Source: Octopus vulgaris (lineage: Eukaryota). Taken from it: a stretch of DNA of 64,000 bases. Under the pieces are notes generated by a model. The model was not told the DNA's origin and ran no database searches. It saw only the letters and a program-made list of their open reading frames with translations. The DNA lies in contig OX597815.1 of NCBI GenBank assembly GCA_951406725.2, forward strand, positions 96,224,001 through 96,288,000, in the 5' to 3' direction. The translations under genes were made by a program, and so were the position numbers. Shown one piece after another: positions 12,724-26,709 of this stretch (positions are counted from its first letter, which is position 1; each line of letters begins with the position of its first letter).

Positions 12724-13721
12724 CATTATTATTATTACCATTATCATCATTACTAACGTTATCATTACTACCACCGCCCTTACTACTACTGTTACTGTTA
12801 CTTCTGCTATTTGTCAGGACATTAAAGATTGTGGTGGTATTCTGGGCATTGTCAGTAGAACGGGTTGGGTGCGGTCATGACCAAGTGTAATAGTATCTAA
12901 CCTAGATATGTATGTGTTTTGATTATTTGTATTAGTAGAGTTGTAGTTATGTGAGTTCTGATAGTAAAGAGAGAGTTTTTTTTCTTATTCGAGGCTACTA
13001 CAATAGATTCAAAGTTAGAGGAGTTTGAATAAGATAGTTTCAGGGTGGATCTATTAAAGATAGAGTGATATTTATGTTGTCGAGGGAAGTTAGAGTCTAG
13101 TATTTTAAGGATTTAGCTAGGTTCTTAACTTTAAGTAAGAATTGTGGTGTGTACCATAAAATAGAGCGACCGCTACCTTTTTTAGGGCGTCTAGGAATAG
13201 AGCTATCGAAATAGTTAGATAAATGACTGTTATTAAACTTATTGTGTAGGGTGTGTGATAAGCGAGGCCTGTTATTGTTACTTGTTATATTTGTTTTAAT
13301 ATTTGACCTATTGTTAAATGAATGTGTGGGGGGTCTACATAGTCTGAATACAATGGATTCCATGGTCTGATCAACTGTGTGTGTTTGGTTGCGGTTGTGA
13401 TGGTTGTTGCGTGTTTGAGATGTGATTTGAGATATTTATTTTTGAGCCTGGTGTGCTGGATGTATTCTATGTTTTTGGGAGAATCCACTTTTAATAAAAA
13501 TCCACTTTTAATAATATAATCAAAGGAATCTCAACCCGCATATCTGACCTCTCTTCCACTGAAGAAATCTTCAATAATCACGTACCATATTATAATCAAG
13601 CACTCGCTGCTAACGGCTTCTCCCAACAAATAAAATACATCCAGAACCCCAGGCTAAAAGAATACACTCTCTATTTGTATCACATCGAAACTACCCATGA
13701 CTTAATTTTTCCTCTCACACC

Positions 13722-13773
13722 GTCTCCGATGAAAGGATATTATTAATTAATATCCTAGAAACAGATGTAAGAC
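13722..13773 (+). ncRNA. Minimal type-I hammerhead-like motif, inverted copy of 8565-8616
   Basis: gtct-CCGATGA-a-aggatatta/ttaat/taatatcct-a-GAAAC-agat-GTA-agac, with a perfect 9-bp stem II. Confidence 0.6.
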
Positions 13774-13981
13774 CTTCTATCTCTAATTGCTCTAATATTT
13801 ATACAGCCTTGGTTTTTTTATCTCATTATGCAAAACATTGATATATACATACGCTGACATAGAACCAACGTTGAATCCTTTATTTGCAATATTTCCGAAT
13901 CTGGAACTTAACTATGGTCTGCCTATAGCACTTATTCAGCATTACCTGACACTTTTGGGTCTCAATGACACCATCATCTCT

Positions 13982-14015
<34 letters not shown>

Positions 14016-14248
14016 ATTGGAACTTCTGTTGTGTGTGGAGGGAGGGTCTGCATGTGGTTGTGAGTGTGGGTGTGTATTTCATAAGTTAAACAATGTTCAG
14101 CTAAGAGAAATAACACGGAGTGGCCAGTGGTATGCAGATGAGCAGAATAATCTGCATAAACACGTATACACACACACGCACAGAAATATGTACATACATT
14201 CGCGCGCACAGACACATACACACATTCATACACATTCTTTCCAAGATA

Positions 14249-14303
<55 letters not shown>

Positions 14304-14304
14304 A

Positions 14305-15152
14305 TACATCGTGCAGTGAATAAATTGCCGTCTCAATGACGCAAAAAAGCAAATAACAGTGACTTTTCATTAGAATATATATATTAACCAAAATTACATT
14401 GTAATATATTGAAATACGACATTGGATTCAACTACAGCCTCCAGACGACTTCTCAATCTCCTGCAACCCTTCTGGACGGTCTCCTGGTTTAATCTCTTGT
14501 ATGCTGTCATAATCCTGGCCTCCAGTTTTTCTTTGGTGTTCCAAGGAGTTTTTTTGGTCTCTCGCACAACGGCGCCCTACACATAATAATCAAGGAGATT
14601 GCAGTCAGGGAGTTAGGTGGCCAGCTGTTAGGAGTCACAGAAATTGTCTGACAGCCACGACTGTGTTCTGCTGTTTGTGTGGCATGGTGCAGCGTCCTGT
14701 TGACAGACACAGCGTCTTCCAGTAGCCACAATCTAGACTCAAGGTAGCACTAACTGCTCCAGGCATTTGATGTAGGCCTCCGTATTGTTTCTGAGGCCCT
14801 GTGAGAGGATGAATGGAGGCATAACGTCGCTATCACTAGTGATAACTCCAAACACCATGATGTTTACTGGATGTTTCATTTTTAGCACTCCCGGTCATGT
14901 TCTCAGATTGCACTATTCTCAGATTGATAGCCAAACACTCTATAGTATTCGTATCAGACAATCCCGGCATGAATGCTGAGCAGTAAGGTGTGGCGTTTCC
15001 AAAGTTCTGCCAGAGTAAATTGCGTTAAGATGCTGTTTTTCTCACTGTCGATGCCTAACTCACTCTACTGTGTTGTGTGGTACACATAATCACAATGAAA
15101 TAATGCGCATGCACAAAATTAAAAATATAAAATTTACCCACCTCATACTGTG
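14305..15152 (-). mobile_element. Internally deleted Tc1/mariner transposon, maT/DD37D-like
   Basis: Minus frames give MKHPVNIMVFGVITSDSDVMPPF...YIKCLE, QQDAAPCHT...WL, and NSWPPNS/DCNLLDYYV*GAVVRET. Degenerate TIRs (tacatcgtgcagtgaataaatt vs cacagtatgaggtgggtaaatt) sit in TA-rich flanks. Confidence 0.85.
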
Positions 15153-15889
15153 AGTGTATATATATATATATATATATACATATATGGATCAAAAGATTTT
15201 GATTAAAATTAGTTGGTACACCGAGTTTAAAGCGTCCTGCTAAACTTCAGGCATTCTGAATTTGAATGAGAGAAAAACATCTTATCTCAGTACCGTGGGA
15301 TGCGATTGTGCGAGGAAGGTTTCACATTTTCACTTATTGATGTTGTTATAACAACAACAGCTACATGGTAGAAATTGCATGGGGAACAGGAAATCGACCG
15401 CATGGTGGACAGGAAATCGGTCGCCGTGAAAATGGGTGACATTGTTGGAGGGGGTGTATGAAGGGGTGGTGAGTACAAGTATATGCGTGTATATGTGACT
15501 GTGTGAAATCCTTATATAATTTTGCATGTCTATCTATGGCAGCGTGCGTATATATGCATGGGTGTGCATGGACAGGCCCACACACAAATACACATAGATA
15601 TATGAACAAATGTGTTGAGTGAAGAGAGCGCGCAAAAATTGCACACACGTGTAAGTACATACTCATATTCACATATATGTACACATACACATACACATAT
15701 GTATATGTACGCACGCACACTTTCACAAACACACTCACACACACAGACACACGAGTATTCATTTACATGTACATATGCATTTTCGTGTGCGCCTGCATAT
15801 TTATACGTGGACAGCAGAAGTCTTTCTTCTTGATGGATACTACAAGCTGTTGGAGGATGTGCAGTGTTTCGCGGAGCCGAAACTGGCAA

Positions 15890-17100
15890 TTAGGAGTGTA
15901 GGGTGAATATGGTGACGCTCTTTCGCTAATAGTTATAGATCTGAACGAGTGCATATGCTTTGAGTATCTTTCCTTGAGGTCATTAGCTATTATGCTCCTA
16001 TAGTGCCTAATGATGCATCGGATGGTGCAAGAGTAGCTCTGTATACTGCGGCACTTGATAGGCATGAACCTTCTAGAAGGCATGTGGCGGGGCTTCAGAA
16101 GTTGCAGACTGGAGTTGATGGTTATGAGGGTACAGTTTTATGTCTGTTGATGGCTGCGCTATTAGATATGATGTTGTCTTGGCAGGAACAACTCACCTTG
16201 ACATTACAGGGGTTAAAGAGTTTGAAACACATATGGCCCCTTGGGAAGTGTTTCTTAATTAACGACAGAAAGCCCAAGCTACGGCGGTCGAAATTTCTAG
16301 GTTGAAAAGGTGGTTATACCAGACAATTTCCCTATTCCTAATCCTCTTGCGGTGAATGGAGAAGGTCTGGGGAATATCCACATACGTGAGCTTCTCAGTA
16401 AACCCGCTCCTAGCCAAAGCATCGTTTTCGAGAGGACGACCCTATTAAAGATCTCCCTGTTCGCCAAAAGATTAGATACTCGTTTGCTAATGCTTATAAA
16501 CCAAGCTTCTAATAAAAGTGTGGGATGGATAGAGTTTCTGTGAATGGATACAGTTTCAACTTTAAGCGGCAATACTTGCCCGTGTTCAGGTTTAAGGTTA
16601 CTTCCAAGAAATCGACCGTAGTCAGGGTGTTAGTCATATGGATAGGCCGAACTCCTTAAATATTTTTATCAAACTCTTATTGAACCTCTCCATGGTCTAG
16701 CCGTTCATATGACGGCTGTCCCTAGAGGGCCGAGAAATGTTAATAGCTACGTGTCTTGAGGGTATCCAAGATGTATAAACCGACGATGTCGGCCTTTTCA
16801 GCCCGTAAATGCTCCCCATAAAGATATCGAAAAATGGATCACCTTCTTTCTTCACCCAGAAAGAACCGTCGTGGACCAGAATAAACTTTCTCGCATTCAT
16901 GATAATTCTGATATCAAGATCACTTATGCTGGCGTATTGCTCACCAAATGTTAGGTCCTTCAGAAGGAGGGGCTTAGATATGGAAGGGAAGATGTCAACA
17001 GTGTCGAAGTGGGTGAACCTGCAGGCTGATTTATTCTCGATGTTTATTGCGGTAGAAATAGGTGGCAGTGACACTCCTCTTATCTCTTGTCCTGTTTTCT
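15890..17100 (-). mobile_element. Degenerate Penelope-like element (RT, thumb, GIY-YIG)
   Basis: FTHFDTVDIFPSISKPLL...IIMNARK...WVKKEGDPFFDIFMGS (PLE RT), SISKRVSNLLANREIFN, and PATCLLEGSCLSSAAVYRA...LKERYSKHMHSFR (EN). Multiple frameshifts. Confidence 0.85.
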
Positions 17101-20100
17101 GAACGGCGTGACTAATTTGGAAAATTCGTGAGTATTGAGATTTTAATACATCAAGAATTTATGGAATATGTTATGTGATATACTTGTATTTGTGTATATC
17201 TATATTTCTTCTTATATGCATTAGAGTATGTGTGTAAGCATATGTGTTTATGTAACTGTATTTATATTTAAACACACACAAAAATAAAAATAGAAAAACC
17301 AGAAAAGAGAAATGATTCATATTTACATCGGCTTGGAGAATCATATCAACGTCACAAGTAGATAAACTAAATACCTTATCATAAAGTCTTTCAATATATT
17401 GAAATTACATTCACTTTGAGAGAAATTGAAACGAGTAGAAAGACGTGATTTCAAAAATATTTGTTTGAGTAGGGGGCGTAATCTTAGTCATTTAGCAAAT
17501 TTCGAAATTAACATGCTTTTACTGAAACTGGAGCCTGTTTTTCTGTAGAGAAGATTACGATTCTCACTTTCTGATTTAACACTAGTGTTAATTACAAATA
17601 TAAACAAGCGTTTAGTTCTGTGAGCCTGCAAACCAATTTGGGTCCTATATCTCAGCGAACAATTTTTTAAGTTACTAATCCTGAATTACTAAATTTTAAA
17701 CTTAGTAATCCTGAATTACTCAGCGCCTCTCTTGCAATCTGTGTTGCCGTGAACACCATTAAATTTGTTATTCATAATAGGTACCTCTCTTGCGGGTCTG
17801 GATGAATAACAATGTCTTAAAACATGATGGTTCATCACAGACTGAAAAATGTATGAAGTACGCGGTTACGTTGTCAGTCGTGATAAACACACGGAAACTA
17901 TTGAAAAAATATGGAACCACGTTTGAGAGGCTCGACTGAAGTATTACATATATGATTTCCAATACCAGGACAAAACACCGAATAATATAATATAAGATCA
18001 CGTATATTTCTACCTTAGATCAATGAATAATAATATATTTTCTCATAACTATTGGTCTTCAATATGCCAGTCGATTATACAAGTGCATAGTCTAGATGCG
18101 ATTGCTGTTTAAATTACTGTTAATGGCTGAATATAATTTTCTTCAGAATATAAATTGTTTATCTAACGTATCGTTCGTATATGGACTCACATCACTTTAA
18201 TACGTGCGCTGCTTACTTAAGAGATGTTGCTTCCGTTTCAGCTCATTGAGTCAACCTGATCATTGTTCGTAGTTCGAATTTCCCTTAGTTATATGAGAAT
18301 AGTTTTGTTGAACAAAACTGTTTGTTATTCAATTTATTTGCATATATAGATAACCCTCTGTATATCCTAGATATCCCAAATTTACTTAGGAACTCGACTT
18401 CACAAAAACTATATTTACCTATAATGGCTCTAAGTAAAACAGAAGCGAATTTGGTTATATAATAAGGTCTTTATATCATAGAGTCATGAATTAAAGAGAA
18501 CCTGTGGGCATAACACCTCCTGAAAACAGTTATAACATCTCTTCTAACTACACCGTAGATTAAAAAAAGAAAGATTTAGATATTCAGAGAACGTATATAT
18601 ATGAGATTCAAGGACTACAACCTTCAGAGTTCTTCCTGTCCGCCAAATCCTTTAAATACTAGACATTGCAAATTTTCTTTTACGCAAATTTTCTTTTACG
18701 TTAAAGAAAAATAACATTCGAAATCAAGACAAAATGGAAAAAAGCAAACTCGATATATTTGCAATGGACTCAAATTCCTCAATTTTGAATACATACAATA
18801 TGTGAGATACATTGACTTAACAAATAATTGACAATAATGATGAGTAAAAATACACAGCAAATACTTCATCTATTCTCAAGGGAAGTATCAAAAGAGACTC
18901 TCAGCAAATTAGGCGGGGAATCGATATAGTTCTTGTGAACCACTGAATGTAGGATATACGAAATGGCAAATGGTGTTTCGTTCTCTCTTTAAGGGAGAAA
19001 GAAAATTTTCTGATATCATATTTAACCAGTGGCACAATTCCCTTCTGCAAATATTGTTTAACTTCTCACAAGTGTTTTGTCGTAAATGTGATACAAGTAT
19101 TTACAGAATAAAATACGTTGCAATTTTCGTACTAGTATTTTACTGGTTTGGTATCGAATATTCTGTCTCTAATACGAATGTATTTGGGACTGTGCATAAC
19201 CAAAAGCGCCCCCCCCCTACGGTACCGGAAAGATTGAGCAGTGGTCTGTTCTTATTCTTTGTAGTATAACTTTGGTCAAAATGGCACACATAGCTTATTT
19301 GGCAATTGAAGAATAAAAGTTATTTGCTTATGTGAAGTAATTAAATCATGTATAAGAGCAACGCTTAAATATGAATGTAAATAAATATATTTATAAAAAG
19401 ACTATAGATATTCTAGCAATAGTTGTGGCTAGAAGATTAGATGAATATAAAAAACGCTGTATGCTATTTTAAACTGAAAAGTGCAAGCTATTCAGTGGCA
19501 TCTTGATCAATGAACAAAGGTGTCTGTTAATATATAATTACTATTTTCAATTTGGGAATTGGTAATAACCTTGAAGTGATGCAAGAATTAACTTTAGCGA
19601 GACGCTTGCAAGAAAAATATGCACATGTACAGCAGGTGATGTTTATATGCCACACATTCTGCAGGGAAAGCGTTGAAGCATAAATTAACATCTTTATTAA
19701 GTTCAGATAATATAATTTCAGCACCACTGTGAGAATACGAACACAATTCAAATTACCCAACCCCCTTCGATTTCACTCAATATATTTTCATAGATGCAAT
19801 ATTAATACAAACTTGAATGAACATGTGAGAGCGTTAAATATCTTTTAAAATCCATTTGACTGCATTATCGATTAACATCCGGTAGATATTTAACTCGAAT
19901 CTATTGACCTTAGTCAATGAAATGACGTTATAAAATGACTTTGTAAAATAGGGAAGAGTTTGTTGAATTTATAAAAGCTGCCCAGAAGAAAGGTATATCT
20001 TTTAAAAATAGTTCAGTAAATCATATGGCTCAAACAAGTAATGTGAAGTTATGAATTTTCAACAATGATTAACATTGAATACATTTATAAATTAACTGCT

Positions 20101-21106
20101 TCTCATAGCATCTAATTTCCGTTCAAATAAATGCAATAATTTGAAATTTCAGTTGTGAATAAATACTTTCTTAGCTCTACAGAATTCCATGGAGTTTACG
20201 TCTGCATATGAAACAATTATGTAAAAATTCGAGTTATATATTTCTCTGACTAAGTTTGAATTTTCAGTTCTCTTTCAATAAAAAGTCAGAACATTTTTCA
20301 TCCAACCCAATTAAATAAACGTGTGCCAACACCGGTTCTCAAGAGATATTTGATAGCACATAGTAAACAGTTAAGTTAATCTTACGGTGGTTTTGACGTC
20401 AATAATTAAATAGAACTCTGAATTTAGTTTGAGTACTGATTCTTATATCAAAATTCAATTTCATTATATCATTGTATTCTTAGAAATTAAGATAAATTTC
20501 AATATATATTACGTATCTGCAAGTTAGCAGCGTACACAGAAACGTTATCTAATCTTCAAAAAACGTAAGACAAAGAATCGGTACATAAAATGCTTAAAAA
20601 ATATTTTTCTAAAGCGTGGATGGAAACCTTATCGTAATCTTAACTTTATTATCTGCCTTGTTATACAGAGACTGATAACGAATATAAAATATTGATTGTA
20701 ATCTTAGTAATGGGGTAAAAGTCAGTGACGAGAAACTTTAAAATTAAAAACATGAAACACTATACGGTGATCAATAATTGGTCCCATACACACAAATGCA
20801 CATACGTATATGCATGTAAAAACGTTGTGTGCGATTATAATGTCCTTTTACATGAAGTATATTAAATAATGGACATTACAACTTAATTAAATTACATATG
20901 CACGTATTTCCTTTCATTTATTTCTCTTCCTATACTTATTGTTATCTTCAAATAAAACACTAAAAAGTTCATTAACAACGTATATGTTGATAATTTCTTT
21001 TATACTAATAGCAGCAGCGGTATGTTTGGCGATATAATAGACAATACTAAAAGTTGGTCTAGCAAAATATAATCAATAACGATTTCCAGAATTTCCAATA
21101 CTTATG

Positions 21107-21160
<54 letters not shown>

Positions 21161-21228
21161 TGTAATCAAGTCTTATCTTTAAACCGCTTCGAATGAATGA
21201 TGGCTGGTTGATATAACAATACATATTA

Positions 21229-21410
21229 TTTTATACTCTAGGTACAAAGCCCAAAATTTTGGAGGAGAGGGTGCCAGTCGATTAGACCGACATCAGTACG
21301 CAGCTAGTACTTAATTTATCGACCCCGAGAGGAAAAGTCGACCACGACGGAATTTGAACACCGTTAAGCATTTCACCCGGCGTACTAACGTTTCTGACAG
21401 TTAGCCGCCT
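21229..21410 (-). mobile_element. SINE (~200-bp family) with 21-bp target-site duplication
   Basis: Central motif 'ttaatttatcgacccc', head rc 'aaggcggc'. TSD ttgatataacaata(c/t)atatta at 21208-21228 and 21410-21430. Confidence 0.85.
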
Positions 21411-22183
21411 TGATATAACAATATATATTAAGCACGCAAGTGCAATACTGAGACGGTATTGTACCTATACATAAAGCAAGGCTAATATTAACTTTTTTCT
21501 TAGCTCATTGCTGCCAAATCACACCGTTTTCTTCAGAAAATGAAAGACGAATTTATCAAAAGTCATAACATTTATAAATATATACTGGGGTCTATAAATT
21601 AGATAAAGATGACTAGGGTAACACGATACGCCATTTCCCTCAACAAGTTCTGTATATTTTGCATTAGTTTTTGTCCTATTATTAACTAGATTATTTTGTG
21701 TCATAACTTTATAATTATTATTACTGTCTTTACTTTATCTGTAAATTTTTTAGTTCTAATTCTAATTATTAATTCGTTTATAGTTATTGCTATATAGGCT
21801 ATTATTCTTATGCTTATCAAAAGATTTAACGCTGATTACAACATTCCCCTTTATATTACAGGTGATAAAAGGAATATCTTCAGAAACGAGGAGCAGATGT
21901 TCGTTTTATTGTTGCAGGACCGCTAAATGATATTACAAATAGTAGCTATTAGATATAGTTATGAAATATTCACAATATTTTGCGTTTCCATTGTCACTCA
22001 TCTGAGGTAGCGATTATCAGGATGCTCCATTATCAGTGTCTTTATTATGACACCTTCACTAGCTTTATCATCAATCAAGACATGGGGAGATTGCTTTCAT
22101 TATTACTATTATCTTCAGTGTTATTATTATTTTTAATTTTTCTAATATTTGTCACTGTTGATCCGACATGTGTTTTGGTTAAA

Positions 22184-22286
<103 letters not shown>

Positions 22287-22593
22287 ATTTTGTTCAGTTT
22301 CTACGTTTGTTTTGTTCTTGAGATAATCATAAATATTTGAAGGTTGAAAGAGAAAGAGAAGCAGGTTGGTGAATAGACCAAATTCTAGAGTTCTGTAAAT
22401 AGGCTCAGCAGATGTTGAGGAGGTTAGCAATGGACATTCCCATGCGACAAGGAGACAACTGAGGCATCACACCCCCGGGGCTAGCAGAAATCAAATGTGT
22501 TTACTGGTACCAGCGATCAATGTGAGCGCTGACCTTGGCCTTGAAAGAACCAATTCACCTCGTTTTATTTTTAATTACTGATAGAATAAATAA

Positions 22594-22655
<62 letters not shown>

Positions 22656-22984
22656 TTCTGTTTGATGTTCGTTCCATTTCCCTGCTCTATTCAGGCCGTA
22701 ATTGTCACATAGCATCCAGTGGTCGAACTTAGTCTTGTTATCGTGCCTCCCTTTATAGTTTCTTTGAACCAGCTTGCTACACTAACTGACAGTATCTGAA
22801 ATTGTTTTGTTTCTGCTGCCACAGGTCCTACAAAGGGGTGATTCGTGTCTCATATATTTGGAACTTTGTGTAATTATTTCTCCTTTTTTCATTTTTCCTT
22901 TACACTTTTACCGCTTAGGAAAGTAACACACCTTTTCAACGGGTTTTCTTATAAAGTTAGCTGAGTTTAACAATAGGCGTTAGG

Positions 22985-23040
22985 AGCCGCTGATGAGGAT
23001 TAAAATGGTCTGCATCAAAATCTGGAATCGAGATCCGGCT
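22985..23040 (+). ncRNA. Minimal type-I hammerhead-like motif with one core change (A13G)
   Basis: agccg-CTGATGA-ggatt...aatct-GGAA-t-cgag-ATC-cggct: 5-bp stem I, 5-bp stem II, 2-bp stem III, AUC triplet. Confidence 0.6.
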
Positions 23041-23264
23041 ACGTACGCTGGAGATTTACCCACTTTGTCAGTCATTAAGGTAGTGCGTTTATGGCTTTGA
23101 GTTAGCCGTTCTAGTCAGTACCCTCTGTTACTTTTGTGACCTGTATTAATTTTGCCTTTAGGTTCTAATTGCTAAAAAGCCACCCTTTTTAATTTGGTAT
23201 TTTTTGCGGCCACCGCCGTTTGGGGAGCACTCAGTCTTATCGTTAATGGCGCGAACAAAATATT

Positions 23265-24075
23265 ACCAATTGTTCGATAACTGATGAAGAATTAACAAGA
23301 TTCTGTTTTTCACCCGTTCGTTTTTATATTCAGTATGCACTATGTTGTTTGTTTATTTACCATACAGTTTTTCCATTTCTCCAGTAATGAAGGGAACACA
23401 CACCCAATTTGTATGAAAACGTTTTTTGTTATATACCCGTGTAAGTCTCTCAGTCTCTCTTGCCTTCATTCTTTCCTCTCTTATTTCTCTTACCCTCTCA
23501 CTTCTATTCTAGCCTTTCTACTTACACATTTTCTCTCCTTATATTCTCTTCTCCCTCTCCTTACATTCTCAGTCTTTCTTGTTTCCCTTCATCCCTTCTC
23601 TCTTTTCCTCTCCCACTCTCTCAATTCCTGTCTTTCTCCTCTGCGGCTGCTGTCACGTAAACTATGGTCAGTTCCCCCTTTCTTTCCTTTCTTACACTGG
23701 TCTCGTAATTGACCAGTCGAAAATTATGTCCCTCCATTCTCCATCCTTCAAGAAATTTTCTTAAGGTTACCCGCTATCCTCGTCTCCTTGGCACCAAGAA
23801 CGTATTTTGTTGACTGTTCGTCCTTGTCTACCGTTATTAATCATACTCTGTGTCGTATTCCTTGTTTTGTTATGTTTGCTCTCGTCCCTAGTCCTTCTCC
23901 AGGAAATCGTTTTGCGAGCACCGTCAATTGGGAAGCGATCTGTCTTAATGTTAAAGTTTCAAACTGAATATCAGCAAGTGGTCGATAACTGTTGAAGAAC
24001 TTTACGAACCTTCTGTTTGTCTCCCGTTCGTTTGTACATGCAATATACGCTATGTCGTTTGTCTATTTACCATAC

Positions 24076-24078
<3 letters not shown>
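23265..24078 (+). repeat. Diverged ~105-bp direct repeats (23265-23368, 23975-24078) around a CT-rich spacer, PLE pLTR-like
   Basis: tcgataactgatgaagaa...cccgttcgttt...tatttaccataca vs tcgataactgttgaagaa...cccgttcgttt...tatttaccataca. Confidence 0.75.
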
Positions 24079-24118
<40 letters not shown>

Positions 24119-24599
24119 GAGATTTCACGGTATTTGCCCATTGAATGCGTTCAGATGTTATTGTAGTCTCGGAGCTATAGTAGTAGACATTAGTCTAAAG
24201 TGTCACTGGAAATGGCGTGGTTGTTATGCAAAATTCGTAATGACATTGCCGCCTCATAAATACGCTTGAATGTATTATTGTATCCTATAATCAATGTGTT
24301 TTTTTGTTTTGTTGTTGCAAACTTTCTACACTGCAGAAGTTATTTGTGTAATGTCATTACTGTTATTGAATGTTTCAGTTATCCATCCAATAGAGTCATA
24401 ATTTGGGTCTCATGATAAATTTAATTATTCCCGTATAGCGGTTTTTTTCAGCGGTGGCAAAATCATTAAAATTGATACTAGCACTTGCTCTTAATGATTA
24501 CCGATATAAAGTGACATGTCGGCAAACAAGTGAAGTGTAACAAACTGCAGACATTTTTGAAAGTATAAATTAATGAAGGGCGTCGAATAACACACCTTC

Positions 24600-25850
24600 C
24601 ACATTCGCTGCAACTCATTGCGTTCTCATTTCAAGTTTCCTGGAAGTCGATTTTCTCTTCAGCATTTCAGAGACTTTCATTGCAATATAAATCTAGTGAG
24701 GTAAATTTCAAATTACTCCAAGATGCTTACCGGCATATCTAATAATCCGACTATTGATACACAGCCCTGATAGTCCTAGAAGCGACGTACATAATCCGGC
24801 AACAGCATCTAATGTCTGCATCCAACAGTTGATTGAATGGGATTGATTTATGCACCTTCGGGTTTACATCGGCATTCAGTATGGTATTTGCTGGTAGAGC
24901 TTCATTAATGGTGTAATTCTTATATTTAATGGTTGGTATTTTATGAAATAAATTAACTCATGCGCCCCCATTTTCAATGATGTCAGTTCGGCCTTCAGTG
25001 TTTTTAATTCCACCAAAAATTTCAGTGTAAACATACGATTCCTTTTCGACAACAGTTTCTTTTTTTTTTCTGCGAATATTAACTTATGAAATTTGGAACA
25101 GAAACCCAAACGCCGTCATCTTATATTAAATGAAATCTGTGAAGGTCATTCGCAATAACTCCTGGCTACTATACAATAGCGTCAATGAAACGAATTTTTT
25201 CTCAACACTTAAAAAGAACGTCTGAATTATATTGGTAATTTCCAATTATTCAACAGAAGATGAATATACATTCAATGCATGGTGGACATTTTTGTATTGA
25301 AATATATAATCAAAAGCCATTAAATTTCTCTTGGAACTAATAGCAGTGCTATTCAAATCATGCCAACTCTTTTGGACAAGTGCTCTGCTTCAGACTACAT
25401 GTTATCTAAACACGTCAAGTATAAGAAAGGAATTAATAACATCTGGATATCAAAAACGCTTCTAACAGCAAAATGAGGAAAGGCAGAAAGCACTCTGATT
25501 ATCGAAGAAGCGAAGGACAGCAGTATGTTACATCCAATGATGCTTTGTAGTAAAAATGTTTTCTCCGGTAAAAAGAATCATTAATTGGTTTTCAGCATGA
25601 AAAGAATAAGGCATGGATTTCTGACAATGCTATCGCTAATCAAACAGCAAAAGCATATCTGGTGAAGGTTAGGAAAATGCTTTTAATAGTAAATTCCATG
25701 AACACATTGAATTATATGAAAACTTAAACAAGCATGCTAAAAGAATTTCAAGACAAGACAAAAGAGAATAGTTGAATGGTTAATTTATACAGACTTCGGA
25801 TGCGTTATCACGAAGTCATATTGGAGAATCCTTTGAGTCAGCTACACTGA
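24600..25850. mobile_element. Highly degenerate RTE-like LINE, with an RT piece on minus and a linker piece on plus
   Basis: Minus ~24650-25010: AELTSLKMGAHELI and GLLD/AGKHLGVI. Plus ~25580-25800: KNKAWISDN...NLNKHAKRISRQDKRE. Confidence 0.45.
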
Positions 25851-26068
25851 GATCCAGTGGAAGAAACAGTTGCATTTGAAAGAAATGAGATAAAACTTAA
25901 TATAGGAAACCAACGTGATGTAAACCAGCTACAGTGTTCCGTTCTTTCCCTTATAAACAATATATTAAATGGCGATTACAATTTATACTTTATAACTTTA
26001 CGTGTACTTGCAACTGTATGTACATAGATAAACTCATCCCACACACACATATATATGCACACACATAC

Positions 26069-26103
<35 letters not shown>

Positions 26104-26709
26104 AACAAACAAATTTATAAATACATTTTGTACATATAGATGAATATATAAAACACAAAAATAGAATAGAGTATATGTAGATCTGGAACTGTTTTAATTC
26201 CCTCTGTGTAATAAGAGTATTTAATTTTTTTAATGTGCATACAATACATGCCATGCATTTTGATATAATCTGTTATTTAATAGTTCAATGTGCAAACGTA
26301 TTTATTTATACGGGTGAAAGAGAGAGAGGAAATGAGAGATAGAAAGCGTTAGAGAGAGAGAGAACTAGAGGTAATGCATCGTATATGTATTACTCTCTCA
26401 AATTCCTTGACACACTTTAAATTCAAGCTTTATCTCCCTTATATTAATCAAAATAATATATTCTGTGCGAATCTAATATAAATTATGTATATTTTGGGTC
26501 CTACCTCATAAAGTATATTAGCGTACATTTGAGCATTATGTAACAGTTGTCCCTGATTATTTTCCCTGGTTCTTGACACTTTATATACATGTATATACGG
26601 ATTTATCTTCTATCGGGCACAATTGACATATGTTTAGTGTGTTTGTTGCGATTAATCTATATAAACAGCCAATATAAATTTACAATGTTATTGTTCTGAA
26701 CATCTAACA

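Larger units (their letters stand above)
8500..13845 (-). mobile_element. Penelope-like retroelement, 5'-truncated, with inverted terminal repeats (8500-8670 vs 13665-13845), interrupted by the insertion cluster at 10170-12720
   Basis: GIY-YIG at 9729-10085 and post-RT motif RSILWYTPQF...FPRQHKYHSIFNRSTLKLSYS at ~12960-13200, both minus. A plus-strand inverted piece NIIKGISTRISDLSSTEEIFNNHVPYYNQALAANGFSQ lies at ~13510-13650. The terminal ~170 bp are reverse complements. Confidence 0.85.

Noticed and set aside
18669-18700. Short tandem duplications (also 46976-47009)
   Set aside because: Ordinary 16-17-bp slippage duplications with no further structure.
17781-19992. GTSLAGLDE and EEFVEFIKAAQKKG as GH13/SLC3-like exons
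   Set aside because: Very short, the first is followed by a stop, and no other family motifs were found.
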